From: Bugula neritina
Lineage: Eukaryota; Animalia; Bryozoa
Direction: 5' to 3'
Length of the DNA: 64,000 nt
Assembly (NCBI GenBank): GCA_964035545.1
Contig: OZ037767.1
Location: 20,724,628 to 20,788,627 of the forward strand
Positions 1 to 13,100 of this stretch are shown here, piece after piece. A program made the position numbers and the translations under genes. Each line of letters starts with the position of its first letter. Within the stretch, counting starts at the first letter, position 1. Under the pieces are notes generated by a model. The model was not told the DNA's origin and made no database searches. It saw only the letters and a list, made by a program, of their open reading frames with translations.

Positions 1-720
1 GTATCATTATGATTATTACAATGAATAAATTATAATTATTATAAGAATATCATTTTAATTTTTAAATTTATTAGCATAAATATATTTAATATATAATAAT
101 ATTATAATTATGATATCGTAATCATCATTATCAATTAATCATTATGATTATCAGTAACTATAAGTAACTACTGATAGTGATTATAATTAACTCATTATCA
201 TAATGAGTATGACTTAATCATTATGATAATGATTATATAAATTGATGATATGATATAATAATATATATAAATACATTTATGATCCTAATAGTAATAATTA
301 TGATAATAAATATAAATTTAATAACAATATTATAATATCATCATCATTATTATAATCATGATAATAAAATTAAATATAAGTAAAACAATTTGAATTTAAA
401 TTATTAATTATTATAATAATTATTTAAATTATTATTAATAATAATTATATTTATTTTAAATTATAATAATGATAAATTATAATAATAATGCTCATGCTTA
501 TCTTTAGAATTAGAATTAGTATTCCTATTACTATTAGCCTTTATACTTTAACTTCAAGTTTAACTTTATCGAGTAAGTAAGTTCGAGTAAGTTCAACTGA
601 AAAGACTGAAGTTCAAGTTGAACTTGATCTTCAATAGGCCTATGAGTATCAGTATGAGTATGATTTATGAATAAATATAATAATAATTAATGAATAACCA
701 ATATCAATATGAATGCTACT
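1..720. repeat. AT-rich degenerate tri/hexamer low-complexity tract
   Basis: ATT/ATC/ATG runs, then AAGTTC- and AGTATC/AGTATG-type hexamers. Confidence 0.8.
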
Positions 721-821
721 ACAATCAACGTAACAAAAATTAGTGGCATATTAATTATCAAACTTAAAAATAGAAAACCATCCCTGTCTACGTTTCTATT
801 ATACAAACGCTCTTCATTTAC

Positions 822-876
822 CTGAATTTACAGTCACCTGACTCTGATCAGTACATTTTTCTTCCAAATCAGCCAT
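822..876 (-). CDS. Candidate first coding exon of an unidentified divergent gene (MADLEEKCTDQSQVTVNS)
   Basis: Minus-strand ACGATGG start, 55 nt open, CAG|GTAAAT donor (alternative CAG|GTGACT inside); a unique-sequence island flanked by low-complexity DNA; no family recognised. Confidence 0.4.
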
Positions 877-1052
877 CGTATGAAAACAATCTGACGTCAC
901 AGCTCTTATTAACTGGAGGTAGTTTAACGAGTTCAATAGTCATTTTCGCTTTAGTACAGCATATAATATTTATTAGCATGATTATTCATAACCATTGTGA
1001 TAGTCATAGTGTTAGTCGGTTACTTCATACATACCAAACCCAATAAACAGAG
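877..1052. promoter_or_regulatory. Candidate compact bidirectional promoter with a CRE palindrome (TGACGTCA 892-899)
   Basis: Lies between two outward-facing ATGs; possible WDCP 5'UTR intron GAG|GTAGTT (919) to AAACAG (1050). Confidence 0.45.
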
Positions 1053-1107
1053 ATGGAGCTGGGAAATGTTGTGTTGCGAAGAAGCTCAATAAATTCGCTT
1101 TTTAAAG
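1053..1107 (+). CDS. WDCP: WDCP coding exon 1 (MELGNVVLRRSSINSLFK)
   Basis: ATG at 1053; resembles the WDCP N-terminus MELGKGKLLRTGLNALHQ; donor AAG|GTTTGT, phase 1. Confidence 0.85.
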
Positions 1108-4100
1108 GTTTGTTCTTCACTTATTTAACTAAATGCAACTACATTAACTTCAAGTTTAAGAGTATCATACTGATACTGATACTCACAGTCACTTACACTT
1201 AGCTTACAGTTACTGTTAGTGTTACACTTGCCCTTGGTCTTACAGTTTGAGTTACCCTTACAGTTTGAGTTACTGTTAGAGTTAGTGTCAGTGTTAATGT
1301 TACTGATACTGATAGTAATACTCATACTGATTGTGATACTCATGCTCATAATCATGGTGATGCTCATACTGATAGAGTGATACTCATACTGATAGTCTAA
1401 GCCATACTGATACTCAATAATTTTAAAACTATTACTGTTAGTGTTAGTGATACTGATACTGATAGTGATACACCGATAGTGATAATCATAATGATACTGA
1501 TAGTGATACCGATACTGAGTATCAGTATGATATTGATTATGATATTCATAATCATAATGATTGTGATAATATTTTGATGATCATTATGATTATCATAAAG
1601 TGATTGTCATTATGATTATGATTATCATAACCCTGGACCATAGTCATAGTCATAGTGATACTCATACTGGTACTTTAACTTACAGTTAGTGTTACATTTT
1701 TTATTTATTTTCATGATGATGATCATGATGGTTGCTCTAAGACTTACAGTTACTAAGAGTCTATCACTATCAGAGTATCATAATTAGCCTACTATTACTA
1801 TTACTATTAGTACTACAATTATAATTATGATATAAATATTTTATAGAAAATTGAATATTATTAATCGTTATACTTAGAAGCTATAACTATACCATTACTA
1901 TTAGTATTAGTATTACTAGTACTTATACTAATACTAATAGTAATAGTTATAGTTAATGTTATACTTATACTAATATTAATATTATTAGCAACACTAACTG
2001 TTATCGCTTTGACTTTCAATTTCACTTTGCTTTACTTGCTTCTGTTTTCTGTCTAGTGCTGATGATAGTTATAGTAATACTAATACTTCTAATAATAAAT
2101 ATAGTTATAACATCAAAATATATTTGTAGTCACTGGTAATGTTAATAAAAAATAAACATTAACTAGTTACTAGAAGTATAACATCAATATGAAAATGAAT
2201 GTTTTTATTGGCAAAGTAACAACTGTTGAACTAGCAAATCATAGTCTAATGATAAGTTTAACTCTTGTACATTAAGCTGCAAAACAAGAGTAGGTTATTG
2301 TACTCGTAGCTGTGCTGAGCTTTTCCATGTCAACAAGTGTGCTTCAAAAATTTAGCCAGAAACATAAAGTTATCAAAAAATGGATTTTATCTCATCATAA
2401 AACATTTATCACAAAACAATACTGTTTGTCAGTTTTAGCAACAGATTTATCAATATTCTGTCTTACAACATTTCTTGTCCAAAATGGAAGTAAAATGTTG
2501 CAGATCTATTTTATTTTACACTTCTATCTTTTACTGTATATTTTTATAATTTTCACATAAACGTGATTTTTTTGCTTCACTGCAAATTACAGTTTAGTTA
2601 GGCAATAAGATACTAACTATTATTTTTATGATTACTTGAGTTAGTGACTTACTGCAACCTTTAACCTCATTAAACTTATCAACATTTCTATAGTTCTATC
2701 CTACTCAATGCGATATAACAATAGCAATTTGACCTATGATCACGTTTAATGAGTTGATTAACTGTTAACTATTACGAAGTATCAGCTATAAGAGTAATAA
2801 CTTGTCTCCACTTTTTCAATTGACTGTATGTCTATAGCAAACCAATCAATGCTGGGTTTCATCAACACATTAAACTCCTTTTTAAAATTGTAATTATTTG
2901 CAAATATTGTGCTTCAGAAACTCATGTTGTTTTGTTTTTTTCGTCACAATGCCTTTCTTGTTTTAAATGAGCAAACCAGATTGTACAAGAGGTTTTCTAA
3001 ACTTATACAGTATTGTCTCTCTGTTTTGTAACAAATTATGCCATGTGAATTCACCTACATCAGGAGATTTAGTGAGTCATTCAGGTGGTGAAACGTGTGA
3101 CTTGGAAAAGTCATTCCATACCTTTAGAAAGTTTAGATATTTTTCAGTTTCACAAACACTTCAGTTATTTTTAGCTGTTCATTCGAGACACGGCTTGGCC
3201 TGGACAGATGGACAGAATGTGTTCCTCTCACCCGTTACTGTGCAAGATGAGAATCTAATACCATCAGAGCCTATCAAACTGGGCGAATTTGAGTGAGTAA
3301 CATAGATTCAGCTCCAGTAGTTTTCATACCCTGTGTAATGCAATCCAGTGAAAATGGTTGCACAGTGTATTTGATTATTTTGATGTAGTTATGTAGTGTT
3401 AAGGCTACTGTTTGCTATGTGACAGACCATCCTTAGCTGAATATTACATAAACGTGTAGATTAGTGTCATATTATGGAAGCTTGGGTCATACTGATTTTA
3501 TGATATAGCAGATACCACCCTACCTCAAGTGGATGAGATATGAATACCATGGTAATGGTATGGCAAGTAGAACTTGTGCAAATAGAATTGCATGCCTGCT
3601 GCATTTATGATTAGAATAAGTGTTGTACTCCACTAGTAGATTTCTTTGAACTATTATCTCTCTAAATGAATTCAATGTTCCTTATAACAGCTGCCTGCCT
3701 TAACTGCCAAACAGTGAAATTTAAGTTGAAAACTGTAAACCTTTGAAGAATAATCATTCAACCATCCTGGGAAAAGTGGAAAGAACCCCTGACAATATCC
3801 TCAAGGACATTTCTACACACTGGCATTTATCGTCCTGGTCTTCCAAGTTATCACATTGGTTGATGGGTTCTATTTAAACTAATGTTGTTGGACTGCAAGC
3901 TATTATCACAGACATGCAGACTATGCTATTATGTTATGTGATTTTAGTGGTTATTGAGGACATTTATATTGATCTATTTGTCTGAGTGCAGCTCTAGCCA
4001 TTGCCTCCCTTTCAGAGGTGCTGCAGGTTTAATCAAATACTATAAAGAATATAATTGGTTGATAGTCAGTTCCTCGCTGTGTGATGTATGACTCTTTTCC

Positions 4101-7100
4101 ACTGCTTTACCAGACTCTATAGTAGTCATTGTAGATGCTAGATTGCCCAGGTGTAAGATAGCCTAGATACTAGCTACAAACTACACTCATATTCAGTGCC
4201 GTGCAGCTGGTATGAGCTGTGTTATGCTGCAATTAGCTATGGTCAGAAGGCTACAACAACTGTGGAGCTGATAGTCATCTTCTTACACTCTGACACTCTT
4301 CCTCCATCCTGCCTTCCTCCTGCATTCAGTTTACTTAGTGAACACCTCGTGATCTTCAGTGTTGGGACAGATAGTGCCCTCTGTGTTGATCTAATGCACC
4401 AGTGTACTCTTTGTAATAATAATAGCTGCTGTTGGTTTAGTTAGATTGAGTTGACTCTGTTCATAATGCAACATTCACTAAAGTCTCATGTTTAAAATGC
4501 TAACATGAAAAAAAAGTCAGCTATTAGTAGGTTCTGTCCCACTCAAGAAATTCACTATTTCAGCTGTTGTTTCCTGCTGCTAACTTCAGGCCTAGTTGTC
4601 TTTTTAACCAAGTTTCTTTTGACTGGCTTAAAGTTGGGTGGTTGGGTGGTTGGGTTTATCTCACAGAGACAGCTTTTCATACTACGAATATCCTCTAGAA
4701 CCGCAGCTATATGGAAAACTTCACCTGCTGTTGGATTTCTGAATATCCCTAAAAGATTGAGGCACAATAACATAGTAATAACTTTTCTATAGAAGGTTCG
4801 TCAACCATGAAATTGCTCAAAAATGCAAAGCCAACATAAACAGCTCAGTCAGACTGACTACTGATGACTCATTACTGAGTGGTAGGTGTTGACACCCCAC
4901 TGCTCTCTCCATACAGGCCTGCTATTAGAACTTCCTGTCTTCTTTTACAGGTCAGCAAAGGCACTTGGCATCTTCACCCACCGGTTTGCCATGGTTTTCT
5001 GACTCTGTGATGTTGTGTTCTTGTTGTAGCTTTATCGCTTTGCCTTACAGCTGGGCTTGGTTGGTCAAACTGATGCTGTTTTAACTGCCATTAAGTTTGC
5101 TCTGTGGTTGTTTCCATGAAATGTAATGTAACTACAGGCATTTATATATACTAGAGCATTTAGGTATATAATACCAGTCAATATGTTTGTTACTTTTACT
5201 GCTTTTACTACTGTTACTCTAACCACTGTAAGAGTCAGTATATTCTAGGTTTGAGATCAACTCTACAATTTCTATCTAAGCATAAGATGATGGGGTAACT
5301 CCTAGGAAAATACTGCTTTACATAATGATTATAATGCAAAGTTTTTTTTTTCTCATTATTATTAAGCTATAACAATAGGCTAAGATGATAATGATAGTAC
5401 ACACTTAATCCACTAGCATCTACATCTCATTGGTTTCCTCTCAGGGGACATATGTCCTAATAGAGCTCATTTCACTATCCCCTCATTTTCTATTTAATTA
5501 AAATTAATGTTACAGAAATTAATCATAGATTTTTACTAGCTTATGATTCAGCGGGTGTGGCCACCTATAGCTACTGGCAGTCATTGTAAACCAATTTACT
5601 GTCTCTCTTTGCTACTACCACTTCAGTTTTGTCAACAAGGCAGTTGTTTCAATAAACAGTTGGATAACCAGAGCTGAGAATCCTTCACATGTCCTGTCAA
5701 TGGGCTGCATTAAAATCTAATAAAGGTATTAAACCGCCATATGATTGTTGTTCTTTCTGGCCATGCCACTTGAAACCCTATCAAAACTGCTCTCTAGAGC
5801 TGGAAATACTTGGGCCAGTAGTTTTATGATAGGCTAGTCAACTTCATACTCAAATACTGTATGTTGGAGCTGGTAAACTTATTATGTACAGTAGTATTTC
5901 TATGTCACCCTGTCACATACATAGTTGAAGATAGGAAATATAAAGACAGTGGAGTATTGGTGTAAAATATTAGTTAAGCTACAAACATGATGCTGTATAT
6001 AAGTTCTGGGTTAAATAAAGAAGGTTTTTGCCTTAATCATATGAACTGAGTAAAATATTGGTGGTTATTATGATTCATACTACACATTTGTCATCATTAT
6101 ATTATTATTATGATATACATAGAGTTGGTGTAATAGTGGATCTTTTTTCTAGTAATTTAGGTAGGTGATTCGAGAGCTTTTGTGTTGGCAATTTCTTAAT
6201 TTAGCAAATAATGCAATATTTATTGAATGTGTGGAAGGTTTTATATATCTGTGTATACTATAATATAATAAGACAACCTAATGAGTGATAGTTGATATAT
6301 TATATCTGGTTAGTGTTCATGGCTTTAAGTAGAGATACATATCATGTTTTCTTGTAATTTCAGAAAGACTGTTAATGCTAAAAGGTGACTGTAATAGATG
6401 GTTTTTTCTACCCCAATTGGCCTTTCTACCCGCAGTACATAATAAGGATTTGCTGCCCTATGCATCCCCCACTTCATTATATATACTCAACCATAATGAT
6501 AGTTGACACATTTCCCTCTTTCTCGTAAACTATTTTATTGCCAATAAAGTGTAACCATGCAGCTGCTATTCTATTAGTTTTACTATAGGTGACTAATCAC
6601 TATGGGCCAAAGACTTCATTGTTATTGCTTACAATTAGTGACTATGGAGAGTTGTTTTACTTAATACTAAAAATAGAATGCAAACATTATTGTATTATCC
6701 ATATATATGTGTGTAGTGTGTGCTTGTGAATTCTAGTTATAAAATTTGGTCTTATCAAGTGTTTTACCTCTAAAAACTGAATTTATCAACAAATTTGTTA
6801 AACTTCAATATTATTCAAATATTGTTTATATGTGTTCAGATTTTTGCTGTGTTGACTGCGACTAATTTTTGTTGTTGCAATAATATAAAACCTGCTAGCA
6901 CCATTACAGCTTTTTCCCAATTATCATTAGATTAGTTGGGTTTCAGGTGTCAACTTAGGTATTTGATAGTTGTCTTCTCTTGCAATGTGTGACCCTAGCT
7001 TATACAACCTCGTTAGGATTATATTTTCTATGTGATTAAAACTAGTATTTAGATGTCTGTAATACATATTCCCATATGGTCTAGGGGTTAGGATTCCTGG

Positions 7101-10100
7101 TTTTCACCCAGGCGGCCCGGGTTCGATTCCCGGTGTGGGAACATCTTTTTTTGCTTTTTAGGAATCAAAAAGTGTTTGTGCTGTAGTAGCATTTTTGTAA
7201 ATAATTATTTATACTAAATATTTAATATCGTTTTTTTTAAACTCAAACTTTTACTTTTTCGCAAGTCACTAAACAAAATTTTAATGTCTGTTGAAAACAA
7301 AATATTCATCCCAATCTAACTTGTTTAAATTTCAGCCATGTCAGGTTCTTGAGCTTGGCTCACAAAGTTTTATGTCTGTTTTATTGTGCTGTGCTACGTG
7401 CTATGCGTTATTGTATCTGAACTTTGCTAGGTTAGCCTCACATATTATATCAAGTGTTGTATAAATAACAATCTAAAAATATCAAGTAATAAAGCGTGGT
7501 GTTTTGTGCAGGTGCAGCCAACATAATATTAGTAGGTGCCGATCTTCTAAATAGTTGATGTTTCTCTAAAAGGTTACCTTCTAGCTAGATCTTTGTTACT
7601 TTTGCAGTTCAATACAGAGCCTTTGTTGGAGCTGTGATTTCTCTGGTGGCTGGTGTTATCTGTGTGTAACACAGTACCAGAAAGTGTCGATATGGAGGGT
7701 GGAGGGAGTCAGGGCCCAACTCAAACTCAAGCTTGTCCGTAAAATCAGCAAAAACCCTCTTCCTCAAGGTACTGGCAATTAGGAGACAGGTTATGCTGCT
7801 TTTAGCTGAGCATAACAACGGTTAGCATGGGTGGTTTAAGCACCATTCTCACTACCAGGGCTAACCTTACTGTCAGTGTTATTTTCTCTATAACATGTAG
7901 TATATGTTTACACTATTTTCTCTCATTTTATTAAGTTTAGAAATTTTCCTTGAAATTTATTTTTACAAGCAAACTGCAAGTATTTGTAATTATCAAAAGT
8001 TGTGTGACTCATAAATATGGCTGATTCTTGTCCAGGGTGTCTGTGGAACCCTGTGAGAGATATCCTAGCCATTGTCACCTCTGAGCAATGTAATCTTTAC
8101 TTCCGACATTCAGACAAGAAGAGCTCAATGGCTCTGCCAATACAAACTCAGTGAGTCACACAGACCTCTATTTACTCCATCTGATATATTGTATATTATT
8201 TGGTATCCTTGTGGTTTAGTACTCCAGTCTTAGGACATGCTAGAGGCAATATATGTATAGTTTACTGTGTATATTATGTATAGTTTACTGTGTATATTAT
8301 GTATAGTTTACAGTGTATATGTTATGTATGGTTTACTGTGTATATTATGTATAGTTTATTGTGTATATTATGTATAGTTTACTGTGTATATTATGTATAG
8401 TTTACTGTGTATGTTATGTATAGTTTACCGTGTATGTTATGTATAGTTTACTGTGTATATTACGTATAGTTTACTGTGTATATTATGTATAGTTTACTGT
8501 GTATATTATGTATAGTTTACTGTGGATGTTATGTATAGTTTATTGTATATATTATGTATAGTTTACACTGTATATGTTATGTATAGTTTACTGTGTATGT
8601 TATGTATAGTTTACTGTGTATATTATGTATAGTTTACACTGTATATGTTATGTATAGTTTACTGTGTATGTTATGTATAGTTTACTGTGGATGTTATGTG
8701 CTGTTATACAGTAGCAATGCCCTGAGGTGCGCCTGCTGGTCAGACCAAGGAGATAAACTGTATGTAGCAACCAAATCCACTGTGTGGATATTCTCCTGGG
8801 CCAACATCGACCACAAGATAAAAGAGTTTTCCAGCGAGGAAACGCTGCTCATGGGGTACTAATACACTAGTTACTATTTTAAGTATAATTTTTCTAGCAT
8901 TCACTGGTTTTTTAGACAACCCATTTTTGTAATTGCAAGGTCATGGGTTATATTTCCTGTATTCTAATTATATCAGATGTAGGTACTCTACACAATCATC
9001 AGGAGTGGATAACTGCAACTGCCTAGTGGGGGGTAACTCCAATTAAAGGTATTCCTATGTATACCACAGAGTTTGAATTTTCTGAAGTCATATTCATTGC
9101 TTCTTTAAAGTTTATTTATTCAAACACTGCTGGTTCAGATTATATGCTGATTATAATAGCTGTAATGTTGAGTCTAAAATTATGTAGATAGAGTGAAATT
9201 CTTCAACATTGAGTCATTGTTTTGGTTTTTGTTACCTGGATTCAGTAAAGCCTAACAAACCTAATTATTAGTAATTTCCCCAATAATGGTAAGGAATAAT
9301 TTGGAATTGTCTTCCATTTTCATTAAATTAATTCACTTCTTGCAACTTTTAAAACAAATTTAAAATTGCCACTAAACTAAGTGAAACAGATTGCTTGTTT
9401 AAATTGGAACTGGATTTTAGGAGAGAAGGAAACATATTGAAGATGGTTGCCATTGGCAAGGACTACTTACTGCTTACTAAGGAACTTCCATTGGATAAAC
9501 TTTGCACCCAGGAAAGCCTTACAGTTGGTATGCATTTTCTCTTTCGATGTTCTATTAGTGCTAAACTCACTTTCAGTCTCACCCAGTATTTCTGTAGTAT
9601 CTTCAGTATCTTCAGTTTGCAACAGTTGGAATAGATGTGGTGTTTCTGGTATTCAGATTATCTCTTTTACTGGTAGTTGGATTTTTCTCCCCACACTTTG
9701 CTGAATAGTCTCAAAATATACAAAAAAATGATTACTAATTCAACAAATTTGTTAAGCTACAAGTTATACTAAAAATAATGACAACACAGAAATAAAAACA
9801 TATTATCTAAAATCTAAATGCCTAAATACTGCCAGATTAGCAGCCACTTAGTTACAGTGTCCACTGTATTCCCAGTACCAGCTTAGCAGTAAACAACATA
9901 CAACAGTGTTGTCTAGAGTTGTCTTTCCTTATTTACTCGTATATTATATGTACGTTTCCTAATTGTTGCGCAAATAATGCTGTTGTGAATATCCAATAAA
10001 GATTGTTTTAAGAAAAATGGCATCGAAGTCCAGGTTGTGACCTGCTTGTCGCAAGATCTATTGAAAATAATGTTAGACTATCATATCTATTTGGACACAA

Positions 10101-13100
10101 TCAATGTCTACCAATACCTGTTTAAGAAGTTCTGTTCATATTAATAGAAAGCAGGAGGCCCATTGGTTTCTAATCAACATAGTGGTACATAAACATCAGT
10201 GACTCTACACATTGGCAGGGAAATTTTACCCTTCATTTTTATATAACAACATCTTTGGATACATTCAATAAGACTCAAACTTAGCATCATATAAAATGTG
10301 CGAATAACCTTTTTGGAGAGAAGGCAATTTTCAACACCTCTATTTGTGTAATCAATTGTAAAAACAACTTGACTAAAAAAACATTTCTGAATGCCAACCT
10401 TGACAAATTTAGAATTTCTATTGAAGCTCTGTTTTGGTTTGAATAAACATTATTTTCAGTGTAGATGGTAATTTTAGCCTGATTATGCAATTGGTAGAGT
10501 GCAATTGGTAAAACATCATTGGCACTTCAATGCTGCTGTACCATTGAGCTACTCTGATCACGAGCTGAGCTGGCAGCTGATCTACAATAGCTGGAATGCT
10601 ATACACGTTATAATTCTGGTCAATTTAAAACATTTATAAACATTTGCTACTGGTTTCGTTTTTCAATTGTTCAGATGCTGTTTATTTATATAAAAATGTT
10701 TCATGCAGAAGTATCTGAAATATAATTTTCAGCTTCATACACTGCAAACTCACCTACGTAATACAAAAATATGCTGAATTACACAACACCTCGCCATATT
10801 GCTCTATAAATCTTATTCATACCAAACTATAAATTTTTATTACAGTTGTTGTAGCGGTATAGTATGTTTCACTTGCGTTCAGATTTTACTAAATTTCTCA
10901 GAAGCTTCATGTATTTTTTTGGTTTGTCGACCTTATTTTAGTTATTCATGTACTTTTATTAGATTTTACAAATATTTCGAGCGATTTATCAACATTTGAA
11001 TAAACACACATTGCAGCTGCCAGTTGCAGCGCAAAGGGTGTGGCTGTGTATGCATTATTCTGCAATCAATCATGTCTGCTCTAGATATGGAGGCTGCCAT
11101 GATATCTCCCACTGATACCCTCATGAATCTCACAGCTGCTCATCAAGGTGTCGAGGATGTTTCATCTACTCTAGCCTTAGTTTCTACTAGTGGTTCTGAG
11201 GTCAAGGTCGTGTCGGAAACTAGCCTGGTCGGCCTCCTGTCTCCAGATCTCCTGTCTTACTCGGTATGTGTTACTCGCAGAAAGTCATTTTTGTACTGCA
11301 ACAGACTCGCCGCTTTCCCGTCTGGAACTCTGAAGTTATTCTCGTCTAGACAGCCGTGTCATTGGCCTCTTCATAAAAACCAGGCCCCGTTGAACCTTTG
11401 CCAAAGGTGGAAAAATGTGAATCTAACAAGAAATTTTAATTAAATGTATTTAATTAGAATTGTTATTTTGAAAACTTTATAAAACAGAATCAGTATCTAA
11501 ATTAATGTGACTCATGTTTTCACGTCTTATTGACTTTTTGAGTGCATTTCTGTGGTCAGATACAAAGTATAAATACATGCACTGCAAACACTTGGCTCTT
11601 ACACTGACTACAGAAAGATTTGTTGAGTTGTGATTTCCTTTTAAATTTCGAGGCATGTTGTGGCTAAAGTTAGCATAAATTACAAAATCTTGTGACATTT
11701 CCTCATTACAGTAAATAAAAACACGTGTTATGCAGTGTCAGGGCTCCGTGTTTATGGTTACCACCCTGTCAACTGCCCTGCTCTGCTACCTGTCCACTCC
11801 CTGGGGGGCAAAACCTGCCAATTCCCACGGCTGTCTCTTACCACCCACTTTGATAGCTGCCGCTGTCTTAGTACACAGCAGAGTTTACTAAATCTCCATG
11901 TTGTAGTTTGATGGCAAGTCTCAACTGGTGGTGGTGGGAAGCAACGCCCAGTCAACTCTACATTTCTTTACAGTATCCGGTCTCGGCACCTTTATAAGAC
12001 AGCATGACATTGTAAGTACGTGTATGTATGTAGTGTATGTGTGTATGTACTTTGTGTATGTACTGTATATGAGTACTGCATGTGCTGTAAGTATGTGCTG
12101 TGTGTACTGTAACTACTGTGGACGTGAGCGCATGAAATGCTTTTACACTGAATATACATGTAAGTATCATATACAAATATACACAATAATGCTATTACAG
12201 TGTACATATGATTTCAAACTGTTTTATGATAGGCTATGCATGTATAGTCTTCATCCAAATGATTTCTTCTCCCTTGCTGGGTTCATAGGAGTAACATTGG
12301 GGTCGCTCTAGACTCTACAGTTATAATAATATCTATCTGTGAATGCGGCATCGAATTTTCACAGTTTTAATGGAATTATAAAACAAACCACATGCGGGTT
12401 CGGTTGAGTAGTTCCCGTAAACTTCCAGAAGGTAGTATATGGGTTGCTGTCATACAGAACCTTCTGGAATGTTTCCGTATTTGAGATTTGGCAGGGAAGA
12501 CATTGTTGATGTTACCTAATGTCCTGTAATATGTAGAGGGTGTGTGAAAATCCGTCTTTTAGTTGGCAATTAATTAGCACGCGTTGCAATCATGCAAATC
12601 GTGTTGACTGTTGTATGAACTTTTGCTGCTCATAGCCAAAGCTCCTCTTTTTCATATCTAAGTCAAGTCGTGGCTCCCTTTACCTATGTTCTCCTGGAAC
12701 TCCGCTATGCACACAAGCCAGGCCCTGCTACAGCACAGCAGCTGTACCTTCTCATCAGTATTCGTATCAACGAATCGCTTGCTCTCAATACACCTGCCTA
12801 GCGTTGCGAAACTCCACACAGAAATTATTTTAAAGCTGCTGCGTAAAGCAACTATTCCACATTTAGGAGATTCGCCTGCAATTTCTCAATAACTCCTTCA
12901 AATGTTTTTCATGTGTTTTATGCTTCATGTTATAAATTATGCAAAGAAATCTGCACCAAGCCAACAAACTTTTCATAGTATTTAGTGGGGGGAAGGAGGC
13001 GCCAGGTTTCCCCATCTTTATAAAAGTGTAGTTTAGTTTGAGCAGGCTAAATGTTTTAAAATTAATAAATATTTCTTAAGAAAGCTGGGTGTGTGCAATA

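Noticed and set aside
1125-1367. 80-aa ORF MSITMIMS...
   Set aside because: Translation of a hexamer low-complexity tract in WDCP intron 1.
10220-11045. Possible piggyBac-like MITE ending in GCGCAAAGGG
   Set aside because: No matching left terminal repeat or TTAA duplication.
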